Source: Halobacteriota archaeon
Lineage (GTDB): Archaea; Halobacteriota; Bog-38; Methanoflorentales; Methanoflorentaceae
Assembly (NCBI GenBank): GCA_050011655.1
Contig: JBEKIR010000001.1
Location: 4,519 to 68,518, forward strand
DNA length: 64,000 nt
Direction of reading: 5' to 3'
Shown: piece by piece, positions 62,563 through 64,000 of the stretch
Layout: every line of letters starts with the position of its first letter
Numbering within the stretch: the first letter of the stretch is position 1
Program-made: the position numbers and the translations under genes
Notes under the pieces: model-generated
Databases searched by the model: none
What the model saw: the letters and a program-made list of their open reading frames with translations, nothing else
Told to the model about the DNA's origin: nothing

Positions 62563-64000
62563 ATGTTTAAAACCGACGGCTTAAATGCGCTTACATACGG
62601 GATATTCGATGCCGGCGTAGGTGTGGCCACAGGGGTTGTTGGATTTCCGGTCACCAAGATCATTGAAAATTTACGGCCCATTTGGATACCCGCTGCTAAC
62701 GAAAAGGTCGGGATCGATTTGGCTTTAGGAGCTGCCGCATCGGGTACACCATCAGTTCTTGTTACGAAACACGTTGGATTGAACGTAGCGTCAGACTCTT
62801 TGATTACCGCGGCCACCCACGGAGTAGGTGCAGGGCTAGTCGTAATCGCAGGCGATGATCCAGGTGCAAAACTTTCGCAAAACGAGCAGGATTCAAGATA
62901 TTACGGTAAGATAGCCGAAATCCCGGTAATGGATCCACACAGCGCTCGCAATGCGTATGATTGTGCGTTAAAGGCTTTTGAACTATCCGCACTACTGTCA
63001 GTACCGATAATTGTGCGAATAACCGGCAGGCTTCTTAATACGCAGGGCGTAGTTGAGAGGGTGCCTTCTGCGCAGGGCGCAAGCAAGAGCATCGAAAAGA
63101 GCATCTGGAACCTCACGCATTTGGGGAGGCATCAGCATCTTCTCAGGCACACGTATCCTAAGATGCTGCAATTTGCTGAAACAACAGATCTGAACGAGCA
63201 AGACGGCTCTGGCGCAATCGGCATTATTTCTGCAGGCTATGCATCAACGCTGGTGGATGATGCAATCCAGGGACGAGACGATGTAGCCCATCTCAGACTC
63301 GGCATTGTCAACCCGTTATGTGAGCGCCGAATTGATTCGTTTCTCGAAGAGCACAAACGAGTACTAGTCGTCGAAGAGAGCTCACCGCTTATTGAAGAAT
63401 CCATTCACGCAAAAGTCCTCGGCAAACTGTCTGGACACGTGCCCCGCTTCGGGGAGCTAACGTCAAACGATGTGACTGAAGCGTTGACCTATATCGAGGC
63501 AGATTACATGTCGGCAAAGTTTGATGTCGAGACACTCGAAACCAGACGTTACACGGAAGACATCTGCGCTGATTGCCCCTTCTTGCCCTTCTACCGGGCT
63601 CTCGGCCAAGTTGAGGCGATGATTGCGGGGGACATGGGCTGTATAATACGCACCGCCAATCCGCCTTTTAAACTGATCGACGTAGCTTATTCACTCGGCT
63701 CAGCAATTGGCGTGGCTTCGGGGTTTGAAGAAGGCGGCCTTGCAATACTAGGAGACTACGCGTTCTTACACAGCGGCATCGCAGCACTAACAAGCGCGGC
63801 AGTGTTCAAACGGAACGTAAAGGTGTTTGTGCTCGAAAACCGAATATCAGCCATAACGGGGGGGCAGCCGACGCCCGAGGTCTCTGACTTGGTCGGTGCA
63901 CTATGCCGAAACTATGGCATCACTTACAAGTTGGTGGACGCAACGGATATGAATGAAATGTCATTTGTAGATCTTCTGCGAGCCGTAAGCAACTCGACAG
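62563..64000 (+). CDS. iorA: Indolepyruvate:ferredoxin oxidoreductase alpha-like subunit (runs off window end)
   Basis: Manual translation: NEKVG, KHVGLNVASD, GDDPG..SQNEQDSR, CADCP, GDMGC, GDYAFLHSG, TGGQP; open to the end of the window. Confidence 0.88.
   Translation, partial: MFKTDGLNALTYGIFDAGVGVATGVVGFPVTKIIENLRPIWIPAANEKVGIDLALGAAASGTPSVLVTKHVGLNVASDSLITAATHGVGAGLVVIAGDDPGAKLSQNEQDSRYYGKIAEIPVMDPHSARNAYDCALKAFELSALLSVPIIVRITGRLLNTQGVVERVPSAQGASKSIEKSIWNLTHLGRHQHLLRHTYPKMLQFAETTDLNEQDGSGAIGIISAGYASTLVDDAIQGRDDVAHLRLGIVNPLCERRIDSFLEEHKRVLVVEESSPLIEESIHAKVLGKLSGHVPRFGELTSNDVTEALTYIEADYMSAKFDVETLETRRYTEDICADCPFLPFYRALGQVEAMIAGDMGCIIRTANPPFKLIDVAYSLGSAIGVASGFEEGGLAILGDYAFLHSGIAALTSAAVFKRNVKVFVLENRISAITGGQPTPEVSDLVGALCRNYGITYKLVDATDMNEMSFVDLLRAVSNST

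Overview
Core chromosomal segment of a euryarchaeon (Halobacteriota/Methanomicrobia-like, inferred from gene content: RFA-P synthase, cobZ/S/Y, PGF-CTERM proteins, HMf-type histone, Nop5/fibrillarin, Pus10). About 3.9-19.8 kb is the large archaeal ribosomal protein superoperon (rpl3 to secY-adkA-cmk-cbf5, minus strand). The rest holds translation/RNA-modification genes, cofactor genes, an ADP-forming acetate-CoA ligase, tRNA-Gly(CCC), a histone and a partial IorA-like gene. Two cell-surface islands stand out. The 22.4-29.9 kb island has a NosD-type PGF-CTERM pseudogene, a lipoprotein, a secreted enzyme-like domain fused to a recently amplified PLL-type lectin propeller, an archaeosortase-family gene, an ArnD-like deacetylase and a GT4. 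The 53.3-57.3 kb island has one intact GT-C-like membrane glycosyltransferase surrounded by what appears to be a second paralogue split into three genes in permuted order. Manual reading recovered features missing from the ORF track: rps14, Sec61beta/secG, tRNA-Gly, iorA, a decayed trmY, a decayed RIO-like kinase and a small Cys-rich ORF behind a T6G7 tract. Other highlights are a PGF-CTERM surface protein with a CxxCH motif and a histone lacking the tetramer-interface His. No CRISPR array, rRNA or IS element was seen. All family assignments come from motif recognition by eye, not database searches.
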